IMG/VR virus record: IMGVR_UViG_3300029822_000865
Reading direction: 5' to 3' (one strand)
Source: a virus
Length of the DNA: 64,000 nucleotides
Below the pieces are notes generated by a model. It searched no databases and was not told the DNA's origin. It worked only from the letters and a program-made list of their open reading frames with translations. Of this stretch, positions 1-10,677 are shown piece by piece (positions within the stretch are counted from its first letter, which is position 1; every line of letters begins with the position of its first letter). Made by a program: the position numbers and the translations under genes.

Positions 1-2
1 TC

Positions 3-1169
3 AATCCTGAAAAATTTGAAGAAGTTACAGAAAATGATCAAGATAGCGAACAAACCGAGGTTACATACGGTTCAGACCATGTAGAAGAAACGTCTACAGA
101 AGAGGATAAAGGGATTCCAGAAAAAGGGAAAATTTTTAACATTAATGAAAATTCACACATTAATGACCAAGTACCGTTAAAGCCAAGTGAAGCGGATTTT
201 AGTATGGATAAATATAAAAAATCTAAAAAACGCACTAAGCAATCGAGGCTATTTCCCCCTTTAAATGCAAAAAACGGGTTTGACTTATCGGGGTTAAAAG
301 CTAGAAATGCTGATTGTGAAAAGGTTTTAATGGATGAAAATTTGGTTGACATAAATCTTAAAACAGAGACTCAGGAAGAAGCTCACATCAAGGGGTTTAA
401 GCAATTAAGTAGAGTATTTGAAAAGCAAAGATTAGGGGGAAGAAGAGTATACACAATCACTGGTAGAGCGGGACAAGGAGTATCGACTGTTACGGCATTG
501 TTAGGATATGTATTTAGTACAATACTAAATCAGAGGGTATTGTATGTAGATATGGACATAAGGGGTAGTGACACATGGTTTAGATTAAATGTATTAAATA
601 GTATTACTGACTTGAACCATCAGGGTTTAACAAGCTTGGCAGGTTCATCAGTATGTGAATGCAAAATTGAAGTTTTAAAAGGGTATGATTTAATAACAAA
701 TTTTGAGCGTACAAATACCGATTGTATTGATTACAACAAGATAATACATAAGATATTGAGTACGCAAGATTATGATATTATACTTATTGACGTTCCTGTA
801 CATGTGTTAAATAAATTGCCTGACGCTTTAGCCTATGCATCAGAAAATATTATAGTTACGGAGAATACAACAGGTGGTTGTTTCAAGCTTGTATATGAAC
901 TTGAAAGCCTATCTTTTAACACAAAAGATTTGTTTATAGGGCGTTCAAAGGTATTGCCTAACAAGGTATTGGATAAGTTTGAGTTTGAAAAGTTTTTAAA
1001 GAAGACAATTGAATCTGATACTTTGGATTTAAGTAGTTTAAAAATAATTCAGCAAGGCATACCTCTGTTTAATTGGGACTACACATTAACAGGACTGTTA
1101 AAAACAGAAAAAGGTATCCTTAATATGATTATAGCAGTAGTTAGTGACATTCTGATGTTGCACTTATAA
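3..1169 (+). CDS. CpaE/TadZ-ParA/MinD-like P-loop ATPase with acidic N-terminal linker (5' partial)
   Basis: The frame of the 204..1169 ORF is open back to base 3, so the true start is upstream of the window. Deviant Walker A 'TITGRAGQGVSTVT' lacks the Lys. 'VLYVDMD' and 'YDIILIDVP' match MinD/ParA-family motifs. Confidence 0.7.
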   Translation, partial: NPEKFEEVTENDQDSEQTEVTYGSDHVEETSTEEDKGIPEKGKIFNINENSHINDQVPLKPSEADFSMDKYKKSKKRTKQSRLFPPLNAKNGFDLSGLKARNADCEKVLMDENLVDINLKTETQEEAHIKGFKQLSRVFEKQRLGGRRVYTITGRAGQGVSTVTALLGYVFSTILNQRVLYVDMDIRGSDTWFRLNVLNSITDLNHQGLTSLAGSSVCECKIEVLKGYDLITNFERTNTDCIDYNKIIHKILSTQDYDIILIDVPVHVLNKLPDALAYASENIIVTENTTGGCFKLVYELESLSFNTKDLFIGRSKVLPNKVLDKFEFEKFLKKTIESDTLDLSSLKIIQQGIPLFNWDYTLTGLLKTEKGILNMIIAVVSDILMLHL

Positions 1170-1193
1170 ACTAGAAATAAAGGGGAGATAAGT

Positions 1194-2510
1194 ATGGATT
1201 TATTGGTTACAGATTATCCTGTTAGTATTCACAATTGTATAAACGTTAACGATTTTACAAGGATTAAGTATATACTTTTAGAGGGTACAGAGATCGATGA
1301 CATAATTTGTCATATTGCCGATTCTACAGGACAGGAAAAAATTGATGTTTACGCATTACTGGAAGTTATCTCACAGGTAAATAATATATATTTGGTAACT
1401 GATAACGAAGAATATTCAGATTTAAAGAGGTTAGGTTTCAAGATATGCACTCTTTACAAAGGTAATTACATTGATATAGATAATGATATTGAATTTATAA
1501 AAGACATGGCAGAGAGCACAACAAGCATAAATTATGATAAGGCGTTAGAATCGGCGGCTTCACAAGTTGAAAGCGTCAAGAGTGCTATTGATAACATATT
1601 AAAATTTTGTGAGGGGGAGTTAGGTTTATTGGAGCTTAGTCTTACAGACAAAATTAATTGTAGGAAAGCTAGATATGTATTTACAGAATTAGTAGAGTAT
1701 TTGACTAGGCTTAATAACGAGACCCATACTGGGGATAGAGCAAGGACTCTAATTAAGATGTTATCTAATAATCTTAATGAAGCCAACAAAGAAAGCATTA
1801 TTGAAAGAGGTAAAGCTGCTTTGTTAGAAAAGGAAGTTGAAGACCTTAATGGCACTGTAGAAAGACTTAATTTTGACAATGAGCTATATAAAGAAAATGC
1901 TAAGTTGTTTTTATTTCCGTCCACGTATGTAGTAAAAGAATGTAAAACAAAAGTATTGTATGTAAGAGAGTACAGTCATTGCAACTACTTGGGGAGTATG
2001 TTATTTAACTTTAGATTATTTCTAGCGGATTCAAACAAAAATGGTTCTTACCTATTCGTAATTGGAAAGCACATATACGGTTTAGATGAAACAAGGATAG
2101 AAAAAGGTAACTCTACAGCAGTAGTTAAATCTGTAGAGGATTTATCAGACTTAAAAGACCTCGAAAAGTTACCTATAGTTAATATCACCGAACAAAATGC
2201 GGGTGTATGGGATAACCTTCTAAATAGGGGATTGACAAGTATAATTGTGTTAGATAGATTTAAAGCTACAAATCCAATACTGGATTTACAGGGTAAGAAA
2301 AACTTATACCTAACAGCAGTTAGTTCATCTAAAGATGTCAGTACATTTAATCTAAGTCAAGACAATGTTATATCGAGTGTAGATAAAATAGGCAAGTACA
2401 CCATACCTTATATAGAGGGGTATAGTGGAAAAAGACCATCATTACAGTTTAATTTATATAAGGACAGAATGGCAAGTATATTTAGACAATGGGCTAGGCA
2501 GGTATCGTAA
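1194..2510 (+). CDS. hypothetical protein with central coiled coil
   Basis: 438-aa ORF with GGGGAG RBS. Its stop abuts the next ATG (taa atg). Confidence 0.75.
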   Translation: MDLLVTDYPVSIHNCINVNDFTRIKYILLEGTEIDDIICHIADSTGQEKIDVYALLEVISQVNNIYLVTDNEEYSDLKRLGFKICTLYKGNYIDIDNDIEFIKDMAESTTSINYDKALESAASQVESVKSAIDNILKFCEGELGLLELSLTDKINCRKARYVFTELVEYLTRLNNETHTGDRARTLIKMLSNNLNEANKESIIERGKAALLEKEVEDLNGTVERLNFDNELYKENAKLFLFPSTYVVKECKTKVLYVREYSHCNYLGSMLFNFRLFLADSNKNGSYLFVIGKHIYGLDETRIEKGNSTAVVKSVEDLSDLKDLEKLPIVNITEQNAGVWDNLLNRGLTSIIVLDRFKATNPILDLQGKKNLYLTAVSSSKDVSTFNLSQDNVISSVDKIGKYTIPYIEGYSGKRPSLQFNLYKDRMASIFRQWARQVS

Positions 2511-4553
2511 ATGAGACTTAATATTTTTAAGAAGTTTAAAGAAAACTTACAAATGTATGATTACTTTTTGGCTTGTTCAATACGAGGTAAGATATTATTG
2601 CAAAGTGGTGTTGACAGGGGTTGTTATTCATTGGGTAAAGATTTTATTCAAGGGAATAACAGCATATCTGTATTTTACGCAATCTGTGGGTTTGGGCGTA
2701 CAGTAAGAAATGGGCTTATTGACGTTATACGAAGCTCATTAGAATATGTTGCAGAAGATTACATACGTATAAACACAATAGCTAGTTTTACAAAACATGA
2801 TATGGACTGGGGTAGCAGACTAATGCAACTTAGGTTAAATGCTTGGAAAAATAGAGAGGAAGACGTTGAAGAATCTGCTAACGTGTATAATCTAAGCAGC
2901 ACTTATGACGATAGTGAGGAAGTTGAGTGGTTAAGGGAGAGTTTAGGGGAGCTTTATTTAGCTGAAAAGAAGTATGACAGGGATATAATAAAACTATCTT
3001 ATGTGCTTAACGTGGTTACAGAGGACATCTCTCCTGTAGGAATGGTAAACTATGAAAACTGTTTGGCTGAATTAGAGAAACAACTAAAGTCATACGGGTT
3101 TAGTTATGAAAGAATAGGAAAAGACTTAGGAGATTACATCAAAACATCAATGCCTTTTAATTATAAACAGGAAGATGATAAAAAAATAGTAGTAAGTAAA
3201 AATCTATACACTGACATTCTTTATGCTAAGACTATGGGTTTAAGTCACGGTAAAGTAGGAGATACGGGAATATACTTAGTTACGGATATCTATTCTGGAA
3301 AAAGTATATTTAAACAGTTTAAAAGATCAGAAACAGACTTGGAGACAATTCTGGTTACAGCAGAAGCAGGTGGGGGTAAATCCTATGCCGTAAAAAACAT
3401 GGTTATAATGTTATTAAGCACAGGGCATTACGGGACTATAAATGACATAGAGGGTGATGAATACACACCTTTAGCGGATTGGATAGGGGCGGATAATCCG
3501 GACATGGTAAAGGTTATTAATATGAGAAAAGGGTTATACATTGATCCTTTTCCTATACCTGATTTAGTGGGAGATGATGACATTGATTCAGGGTTAAGAA
3601 CTCAATCTATAGAGTACATAACATTCTTTTATAAAAGCATAATAGGGGATAAATTATTCGCAGAAGAATATTGGGCAGATGACATACTAGATGAAGCGAT
3701 AAATGAAGTGTACAGAAGAAAAGGGGTATCGAAGAATCCTAAAACATGGGTAAGATCAAAAAACTGTTCGGTAAAGGATATACTACCTGTGTTAGAAGAT
3801 GCTATACATACTGGAGCATTTAAGGGGTTAGCGAAGTATATTCCGTCAGAGGACTTTAAACGTGTATGTAGTAAAATGTGTGTAAAGTTAAACACTTATT
3901 TAGCGGAAGATGGGTTACGTGCCGACTTTTTTAATGATGCTATATCGCTTGATGAAATAAATGACGCAAAACTAGTAATTATTTCATTCAATATGAAGAA
4001 TATCACAGAGGACTCCGTTGATCCTGTACAGATGAAAATAATGCAACTTAGTGCTGCTATTTTATCTTACCAAAGATCAATATACTGTAAGTACGTGTTA
4101 GGTAAGTATAATTTTAAACTTTGGGAAGAATATCAAAGGTGGGGAGATTTTACAGGTTCAGCGGCAATATTAGGAACAAACGTTACTGGCGGTAGGAAAT
4201 TAGGTGACATAATAATAATCGTTACTAATAGTGTTGCAAGTTTACTATATTCTGATCGGGATGATCATAGAAAAATATTCGGAAACATATCTAGCTTTAT
4301 GATAGGTGCGATAAGGGATGCAACAGTAAGACAAGATTTAATGGCGAGACTCTCAGTACCTCATTTAAAACCAGAGTTAGATAAAATAGCAACATCAACT
4401 ATACTTGATAATAAAGCAGGAACAGATTCAGATAGCTATAGATATGCGTTTGTTACGTGTTTAGATAGTCGAGATTTTTCAGTAGGAAAAGTATTTTTAC
4501 CAGACGAACTTGTCAACTCAAAACTATTCAAAACAGGCGTAGTTAAGAAATAG
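2511..4553 (+). CDS. VirB4/TraE-like ATPase
   Basis: Walker A 'AEAGGGKS', 'INDIEGDEY' (D-x-E-x-E-Y typical of VirB4), Walker B-like 'KLWEEY', 'GRKLG'. Ends 'LFKT' like many VirB4s. Confidence 0.75.
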   Translation: MRLNIFKKFKENLQMYDYFLACSIRGKILLQSGVDRGCYSLGKDFIQGNNSISVFYAICGFGRTVRNGLIDVIRSSLEYVAEDYIRINTIASFTKHDMDWGSRLMQLRLNAWKNREEDVEESANVYNLSSTYDDSEEVEWLRESLGELYLAEKKYDRDIIKLSYVLNVVTEDISPVGMVNYENCLAELEKQLKSYGFSYERIGKDLGDYIKTSMPFNYKQEDDKKIVVSKNLYTDILYAKTMGLSHGKVGDTGIYLVTDIYSGKSIFKQFKRSETDLETILVTAEAGGGKSYAVKNMVIMLLSTGHYGTINDIEGDEYTPLADWIGADNPDMVKVINMRKGLYIDPFPIPDLVGDDDIDSGLRTQSIEYITFFYKSIIGDKLFAEEYWADDILDEAINEVYRRKGVSKNPKTWVRSKNCSVKDILPVLEDAIHTGAFKGLAKYIPSEDFKRVCSKMCVKLNTYLAEDGLRADFFNDAISLDEINDAKLVIISFNMKNITEDSVDPVQMKIMQLSAAILSYQRSIYCKYVLGKYNFKLWEEYQRWGDFTGSAAILGTNVTGGRKLGDIIIIVTNSVASLLYSDRDDHRKIFGNISSFMIGAIRDATVRQDLMARLSVPHLKPELDKIATSTILDNKAGTDSDSYRYAFVTCLDSRDFSVGKVFLPDELVNSKLFKTGVVKK

Positions 4554-4568
4554 AAAGGGGTATTAGTT

Positions 4569-6689
4569 GTGGACTTTAATAAGTTACAAAAAAACATAGG
4601 ATCATATGATTTAGAGAATGCTAAATTAAAGCATAACAAAATAAAGAATCCACCCCAATATGAAGAGGGCATGGAAGACGACAGTATTAATTTTGAGGAC
4701 TTTTTAGTTGGTGAAGCGGACTTAGATAACTTTTTAGGTTTGGGAGCTAATTCAAATACAGGTGGATTAGGTGGAATGGACTTGGGTGCGGAAAATTCGA
4801 CAAGTATATTTAACAATCAATTTGCACAGACAAAGCCTGTTGAAAATCCAGAGGACAGGTTTTTTAGAGTTGTAAAAGAGATATCCAAAGTAGTATGGAG
4901 TGGCGTTAAGAAACTATTTGAGTTTTGTAAAAATACAGATTCTAAAACATGGGGTAAGTATATCTCACGTATTTTAGTAAGTCAGACTGTAGCCGCAGTA
5001 ATTTTTATACTTTTAATGATTTTTGGGGTAAAGAAAATACTTTTTATTCGCACATTGAGTTGGTTTATATTTAACTTTATTAGTGCAGGATTTTTACTAC
5101 TGGTATTTGGGTTTACAGCAGATTATGTTAATAAGAATCCCTCAAATATAGCTAATGATCCTGGGGAAAAACCGGTTAACAACAGCTTTGCAAATGAAAT
5201 AGACTCTTTGGGGTTTGATGATTCCGGAGAAGATTTCGATTCCTTAGATGATTCAGTAATTGACACGTCGTTTTTTGACGATAACTTCGAGCTTAATGGT
5301 GTGCCTGACTTAAACGATTTATATGTGCCTCCGAATTTTGACACAACAGCAAACAGCAATAATGTAGAAAGTGAATTAGACAGTATCGACACTAATAGGT
5401 TTTACGATAGGGAATATTTACTTAATAAGTACTTAAAAATTTTACCTAAATATACCCCCGATTTTGAAACTGAAGAACCGCTTAGAGAGGGTACTGATGA
5501 GTTTTATTTTATTGACACAAGTTGTACAAAGGCGATAAATGCAGTGTCAACAAAAGAAGTGGAAGAGGCAGAAAACACTTACCTTGTAGAAGCTTTTAAG
5601 ACAAAAATGTATATAAGGGCAAGGATGCGTAGAATTAAAGGGTTGAATAAGACAGATGCTATTGCAAGAGAACTCGAACCTTATTTTAAAATAAACAAAA
5701 AGGATAACGTTAATGCGGTAGTTGAACTTTGGGGAGATTTTTACGACATTAAAGTATTTGGAAATGAAAACTTCTTTGTTAGTTTAGGGGACTTTTTGGG
5801 TACACCAAAGGGAAGAGAATTTTTCACCGATCCGAATAACACGTTTCCAGTTATATTGGGGATAGATGGAGAGGGAGAACCGATATATCGGGATTTGAAA
5901 AACTTAGAATCACTTTTAATAGCGGGTATGCCTCGAAGTGGAAAGACATGGGTAGGCTTAAACATACTAACTCAATTAAGTATGTTTACTTCACCAGAGG
6001 ATTTGCAATACATAATACTTGATCCTAAAGATAAAACATCGGACTTTTTAAATTTTAATATACCTCATAATATAGCGTTTTGTGGGAATTCAAAAGAGTT
6101 TAACAGCATATTAGAAGTGGTGGTAGAGCAAGAGGGTAAAAGAAGACAGGACATAATAGGTAAATACAAGGAGACAAGTATTTGGGATTTAAGGAACAGG
6201 CATCCAGAAGTAAAATTACCTATAATATATGTATTTATAGATGAAGTTGTCACTGTTGCAGAGACTATGGGTAAAGAAGAAAAAGAGAGGTTCGACAAGC
6301 TGTTAAGAATACTTGTGACGAAGCTGCCTAACGTAGGTATTAGAACAGTTTTAATTCCTCACGTTGCTAAACATCAATTTTTGAATAAAACAATAAAGTC
6401 AGTAATACCTTTCAGAGCATCAGTAATGGGTAACACGGATCATATTAAGTCAACATTAGATTTAACAACAAATAAGTTTGATTATGTTTTGAGTAGAAAA
6501 GGTGACATGGCTATGACAATAGGTTCAGAAGAACCTATGTTTATAAAATCAGGAGTAATCACCGATTCTAACGAGAACAACAAAAAGGTATTTGACTTTA
6601 TACGTAGGCTATGGATGTCAAGAGGGTATGAAATAGAATCTAGCCCTGCTTTACGTAGAGTTTACGAATACATGCCTGATAAGTATTAA
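4569..6689 (+). CDS. membrane-anchored FtsK/SpoIIIE-family ATPase (TcpA-like coupling protein candidate)
   Basis: Two hydrophobic segments at about aa 135-185. 'FPVILGIDGEGEP..RDL' precedes Walker A 'LIAGMPRSGKT'. Walker B 'YVFIDEV'. Confidence 0.8.
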   Translation: MDFNKLQKNIGSYDLENAKLKHNKIKNPPQYEEGMEDDSINFEDFLVGEADLDNFLGLGANSNTGGLGGMDLGAENSTSIFNNQFAQTKPVENPEDRFFRVVKEISKVVWSGVKKLFEFCKNTDSKTWGKYISRILVSQTVAAVIFILLMIFGVKKILFIRTLSWFIFNFISAGFLLLVFGFTADYVNKNPSNIANDPGEKPVNNSFANEIDSLGFDDSGEDFDSLDDSVIDTSFFDDNFELNGVPDLNDLYVPPNFDTTANSNNVESELDSIDTNRFYDREYLLNKYLKILPKYTPDFETEEPLREGTDEFYFIDTSCTKAINAVSTKEVEEAENTYLVEAFKTKMYIRARMRRIKGLNKTDAIARELEPYFKINKKDNVNAVVELWGDFYDIKVFGNENFFVSLGDFLGTPKGREFFTDPNNTFPVILGIDGEGEPIYRDLKNLESLLIAGMPRSGKTWVGLNILTQLSMFTSPEDLQYIILDPKDKTSDFLNFNIPHNIAFCGNSKEFNSILEVVVEQEGKRRQDIIGKYKETSIWDLRNRHPEVKLPIIYVFIDEVVTVAETMGKEEKERFDKLLRILVTKLPNVGIRTVLIPHVAKHQFLNKTIKSVIPFRASVMGNTDHIKSTLDLTTNKFDYVLSRKGDMAMTIGSEEPMFIKSGVITDSNENNKKVFDFIRRLWMSRGYEIESSPALRRVYEYMPDKY

Positions 6690-6699
6690 ACAAGGAAGT

Positions 6700-7419
6700 G
6701 TGCCAATGGAAATAATAGATATTCCTATAAGTACATTTAAAAAAGTTATCGGGGACTATATTTTAAAAAAGTATAGTCCTATTTCACATAAAGAGGAAAA
6801 AGGTAATACAGAGAAAGTAAACAGTGTTGTTGAGGAAGACATGGACGTAAAGGAATTTGACATTAAAGAAACTTACGAGACTACCTGCACAAATTTTAAC
6901 GGCATAGAGTATGGAGACGACAATATAAATGAGGAATTTGAGGACATTGAATATGATGATGATTCAGATGAAGATTTTGAGGACATTGAGGGGTTCGAGA
7001 ACATATTTGGAATACCTGATAAACTGAAGACTAACGTAAAACCTGTAGTAGAACAGCCTATTAAAGAGAAAATTCACAGGCAGCCAATTAAGACAGTAAA
7101 AATGATTTCGGTTGATCCTGTTGCAGACATCAATAAAAAAGAGAACATAATAAAAGAAAATAAAGTTATGCCTGATGTTAAGCTTGTAAAAGAAGTATAT
7201 AAAGAGAAAGCAGAACCAAACAATATATCCCAAGAAGTCAATATAATTAAAGGGGCTGACACACCTATAGAGGACTGGGTTTCAAAAAATGGTGGAGAGG
7301 TAAAATTAAAAGAAGCTTTACAAATTTATACCCTAAAGGAAATAAACAAAGCAGTAGACGACTTTTTAGTAATACGGTATTACAATGTTAAGATGGGAGA
7401 GGATTATTTATGTACATAA
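6700..7419 (+). CDS. acidic low-complexity hypothetical protein
   Basis: 239-aa ORF with a D/E-rich tract; overlaps the next start. Confidence 0.65.
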   Translation: MPMEIIDIPISTFKKVIGDYILKKYSPISHKEEKGNTEKVNSVVEEDMDVKEFDIKETYETTCTNFNGIEYGDDNINEEFEDIEYDDDSDEDFEDIEGFENIFGIPDKLKTNVKPVVEQPIKEKIHRQPIKTVKMISVDPVADINKKENIIKENKVMPDVKLVKEVYKEKAEPNNISQEVNIIKGADTPIEDWVSKNGGEVKLKEALQIYTLKEINKAVDDFLVIRYYNVKMGEDYLCT

Positions 7420-9083
7420 AGAAGACAAAAGGACTTTTAGCTATATTCGGTTTAGTTGTGTTATTATCTACAGGGTGTTCTAACAAGGATGTAGAGGATG
7501 CTCTAAAAGATTCTGTTCCGTTAGGGGTACATTTAGCTTCAAATGACGCTAACGCTTGGGTTACGGCAGGAATAGAGGATATAGGGGATAGAATAAAGAC
7601 GATAATGGACACAGAGGGGTATTACATATACGATAACTTAGAACCTGCAAAAAGCTCCGAAGAAATGAAGCTAACAGACAGGGTTAATAAAATAAACATG
7701 GCATTAGTTAAAGGCGAAGTAACGGATAGTTTTATTACAGATGGTACATTAAAGTATATACTTCATTACATGGACTATTTCGGCAAGTATGTGTATGAGC
7801 TAAAGGAAATTGACATAGTGGGAGTAGATAGGGATTCGGAGCATTACGTTGTAGACGTAACTTATACGGCTTCAAGTGTTTTAAAAGCTAATTCAGAAGT
7901 ACCTGACATTGTAAAAGGCGACCCAACAGAGAGTTTAAAAAAGCGTTTACGTTTAGAAAGATATGTGTCTGATATTTTATTAAAAACAGGTAAGGGGAGC
8001 GATAAAGCTTGGGGAGTGTACACAGACGAAACACCTATATACTCATATCAAGATGAAGTAAAACAAGTAGAAAGAGGGGTATTAGGTATAAACTATTCTA
8101 AAAGGAATATTGAACAAGTTGATAATAGCGCTGCCTACTTGAAGTTTAGGTATATATTTGCATTATCTCCAATGACATTGGATTTAGCACTAGAATCGGC
8201 ATATCTTATAGAGTATAGCGGTGGAGAGATTAAAACAGCATTAAGAAATACAGAGTTGTTTACGGATAACACAAAGATTAATTTGTCTAATTTTGTAGAG
8301 AGTTTTTACAAGGCATTAAACACGAGGAATTATATTGGATTATATAAGTTAATGGCAGAATCGGGTAGGTATGAGCCATATCTAGACTCTATGTTTAACG
8401 ACATATATAAATTAACTACATCGACCATAAAAGAGTTTTACAGTAGAGATGGAGACACTCTAGTGGTCACAACCGTATCAGAAGTAAAAGACAAATCTAA
8501 AGATAAAAAAATAGGGTATGGAGTTTACGGTCAAGAGGATATACTAACTATTAAATGGCGAACAGGTGGGTTTGTATTAGTGGACATTGAGCCTTTAAAG
8601 GTAGTAATAAAGAAAGAGCCATCTTTGTTTCAAACAAAAGAAAACTTATACTTGTTAGAAGAATTTGAACTTATTTCTGGCGCAGACAATACTGAAACGA
8701 AAAAAGACATTGAGCAATTTTTATTGGACTTGTCAACTGCTATGGTTGGCGACTCAGGCATAGTATCTTTCATTGATAAAGATAAAAGTTTAGTTGAAAC
8801 GGAAAAAATTCGTAAGACGTTACAATCTGTATCCGAAGTTGACAAGAAATATACTTTAGTAGAAGAATGGATTTACGCTACAAGTCTGACATGTGAAGTG
8901 CGGTTAAGAGAAGTCATAATTTCTAACGACAAAGCATATAATATAGGTAGTCGCATGAAATTACAAAAGGTTCAAGATAAATGGATGATTTCAGATTACA
9001 ACCAAAGCGTTTTTGAGGAAGTATTAAATGATTTTGGTGCTGACTACTTCAATAATTTCTTAGAAATGAGGGTAGGGAAATAA
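7410..9083 (+). CDS. lipoprotein, possibly with tandem NTF2-like domains
   Basis: Signal peptide 'MYIKKTKGLLAIFGLVVLLSTGC' has a lipobox Cys. C-terminal helix-plus-strand units end 'KWRTGGFVLVDI' and 'KVQDKWMISDY'. Confidence 0.7.
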   Translation: MYIKKTKGLLAIFGLVVLLSTGCSNKDVEDALKDSVPLGVHLASNDANAWVTAGIEDIGDRIKTIMDTEGYYIYDNLEPAKSSEEMKLTDRVNKINMALVKGEVTDSFITDGTLKYILHYMDYFGKYVYELKEIDIVGVDRDSEHYVVDVTYTASSVLKANSEVPDIVKGDPTESLKKRLRLERYVSDILLKTGKGSDKAWGVYTDETPIYSYQDEVKQVERGVLGINYSKRNIEQVDNSAAYLKFRYIFALSPMTLDLALESAYLIEYSGGEIKTALRNTELFTDNTKINLSNFVESFYKALNTRNYIGLYKLMAESGRYEPYLDSMFNDIYKLTTSTIKEFYSRDGDTLVVTTVSEVKDKSKDKKIGYGVYGQEDILTIKWRTGGFVLVDIEPLKVVIKKEPSLFQTKENLYLLEEFELISGADNTETKKDIEQFLLDLSTAMVGDSGIVSFIDKDKSLVETEKIRKTLQSVSEVDKKYTLVEEWIYATSLTCEVRLREVIISNDKAYNIGSRMKLQKVQDKWMISDYNQSVFEEVLNDFGADYFNNFLEMRVGK

Positions 9084-9084
9084 C

Positions 9085-10677
9085 ATGGCAAAAACCCTTG
9101 CTGTTTGGCAAGATGAAAAAACAAACGAATACTATTATATAGGGAGCTTGACAGATATTCAGGTAAAGAAGTTACTTGCTTTAAAGAAAATTGATCCGAA
9201 AGTTGGTTTAGATTTTTTAGAAAACATGGTGTATAACATAGATAAAAAGACTGCCAAACTTCTTATAGAGAATAAAAAAAGCTACTTTGAAATGTTTGGT
9301 AAAGAGCCACCGTTAGGTATGTTAAGACCCTATCAAACAATAAATGTAGCCTATGCCTATTACGCACAAAGAGCATTAATCGGTGACTCTTACGGGTTAG
9401 GTAAGACACATGCAATGGGCGGTATAATAAACTTGTTGAGGAAATGTGAGGGTGAGAAATTAGGTAAAGTTTTGGTCTTAGGGGAGAAAAATACTGTATA
9501 TCAGTTACAAGAGGAAATTGTAAGAATAACAGGACTAAGAACAGCAGTAACAACAGGGCAGAAGAAAGACGTTGAAAATGTTTTAAAAGAAATAGGTGAG
9601 TGTGACATTATTATAGGTACGCATTCGTTGTTAGGTGCAAGTGCTTTCACGACATATGTTATTTATAACAAGGTATTTAATGTGTTATTTGTGGATGAAT
9701 CTTCGGTATTTAAATCGGATAGTTCAGACTTGGCGTCTAAGTTAAGTGTCTTTAGCGGATTAGTAAAGTATATGTTTGAGCTTAATGCAACACCTATTGA
9801 ATTAGAGTTGATGGATTTGTACACACAGTTATATCTACTAGACAAAAAATTACTACCTGCAAGAACAACGTTTGAAAAAGAGTACTATGCCTATGACTAC
9901 ACAAAGTTTATTCCTAAAAAACTGGATTGTAAGGCTGGAATGGAAGAAAAGGCAAGGACACGAATGTCTTTAAGGTACAACGGGTATTCAAGAAAAATGC
10001 TGTCGGGGTATAGTGTAGAAGACGGGAATTTAATAGATGTTATATTTGTAGAGAAATCGAGAGAGCAAAAATTCTTGTTAGGACAGAAACATACTTGGCA
10101 GCTTGTTTTAGATGCTCCTATGTACATAGATAAAAACATGGAGATATCTGAGGAAACAGTACCTAAGTTAAAGGCAATTAGTGACTTGGCGAAAACAAGG
10201 ATGAAAAACAAAAAGACATTAATCTATTGTCGTTACAAGCAAGTACATGAGCATTTAAAGGGCATGCTAGAGGGGCAAGGGTACAATGTTGCAATTATTA
10301 ACGGGGAAACTGATTCAAACGTAAGGAACGAAACTAAGAATGAGTTTAATTATGGGGAAATAGATGTTATAATTTCTAGCCTAAAGAGGGGTATTGACTT
10401 AGTTAACGGAGATATATGTGTAATGTACACTCTTGAAACAAATCCTCAGAAGTTAAAACAAATAGAGGGTAGGATATTAAGATCAATGAAACCAGAGGGA
10501 AAGGAGTTTTACGTACTCTTAACAGAAAGATCAGAGGAAACAAGAAAAGTAAAGGGCATTATGAAAAAAAGGGATGATACTGCTAAAAAGGTTGTAAATT
10601 TAGATGAGAGTATTCTTAATGAGTGTATCAGACAAGTGCAAGAAAAAGAAAGAACATATAGAAAGGCGTTGACATAA
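9085..10677 (+). CDS. SF2 (SNF2-like) helicase/ATPase
   Basis: 'LIGDSYGLGKT', 'LFVDESS', 'LNATP', 'LIYC', 'GIDL', 'QIEGRILR'. Confidence 0.85.
   Translation: MAKTLAVWQDEKTNEYYYIGSLTDIQVKKLLALKKIDPKVGLDFLENMVYNIDKKTAKLLIENKKSYFEMFGKEPPLGMLRPYQTINVAYAYYAQRALIGDSYGLGKTHAMGGIINLLRKCEGEKLGKVLVLGEKNTVYQLQEEIVRITGLRTAVTTGQKKDVENVLKEIGECDIIIGTHSLLGASAFTTYVIYNKVFNVLFVDESSVFKSDSSDLASKLSVFSGLVKYMFELNATPIELELMDLYTQLYLLDKKLLPARTTFEKEYYAYDYTKFIPKKLDCKAGMEEKARTRMSLRYNGYSRKMLSGYSVEDGNLIDVIFVEKSREQKFLLGQKHTWQLVLDAPMYIDKNMEISEETVPKLKAISDLAKTRMKNKKTLIYCRYKQVHEHLKGMLEGQGYNVAIINGETDSNVRNETKNEFNYGEIDVIISSLKRGIDLVNGDICVMYTLETNPQKLKQIEGRILRSMKPEGKEFYVLLTERSEETRKVKGIMKKRDDTAKKVVNLDESILNECIRQVQEKERTYRKALT

Noticed and set aside
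4569-6689. Type VII secretion EssC/EccC call for the FtsK ATPase
   Set aside because: Only one FtsK domain, no FHA domains and no WXG100 genes nearby.
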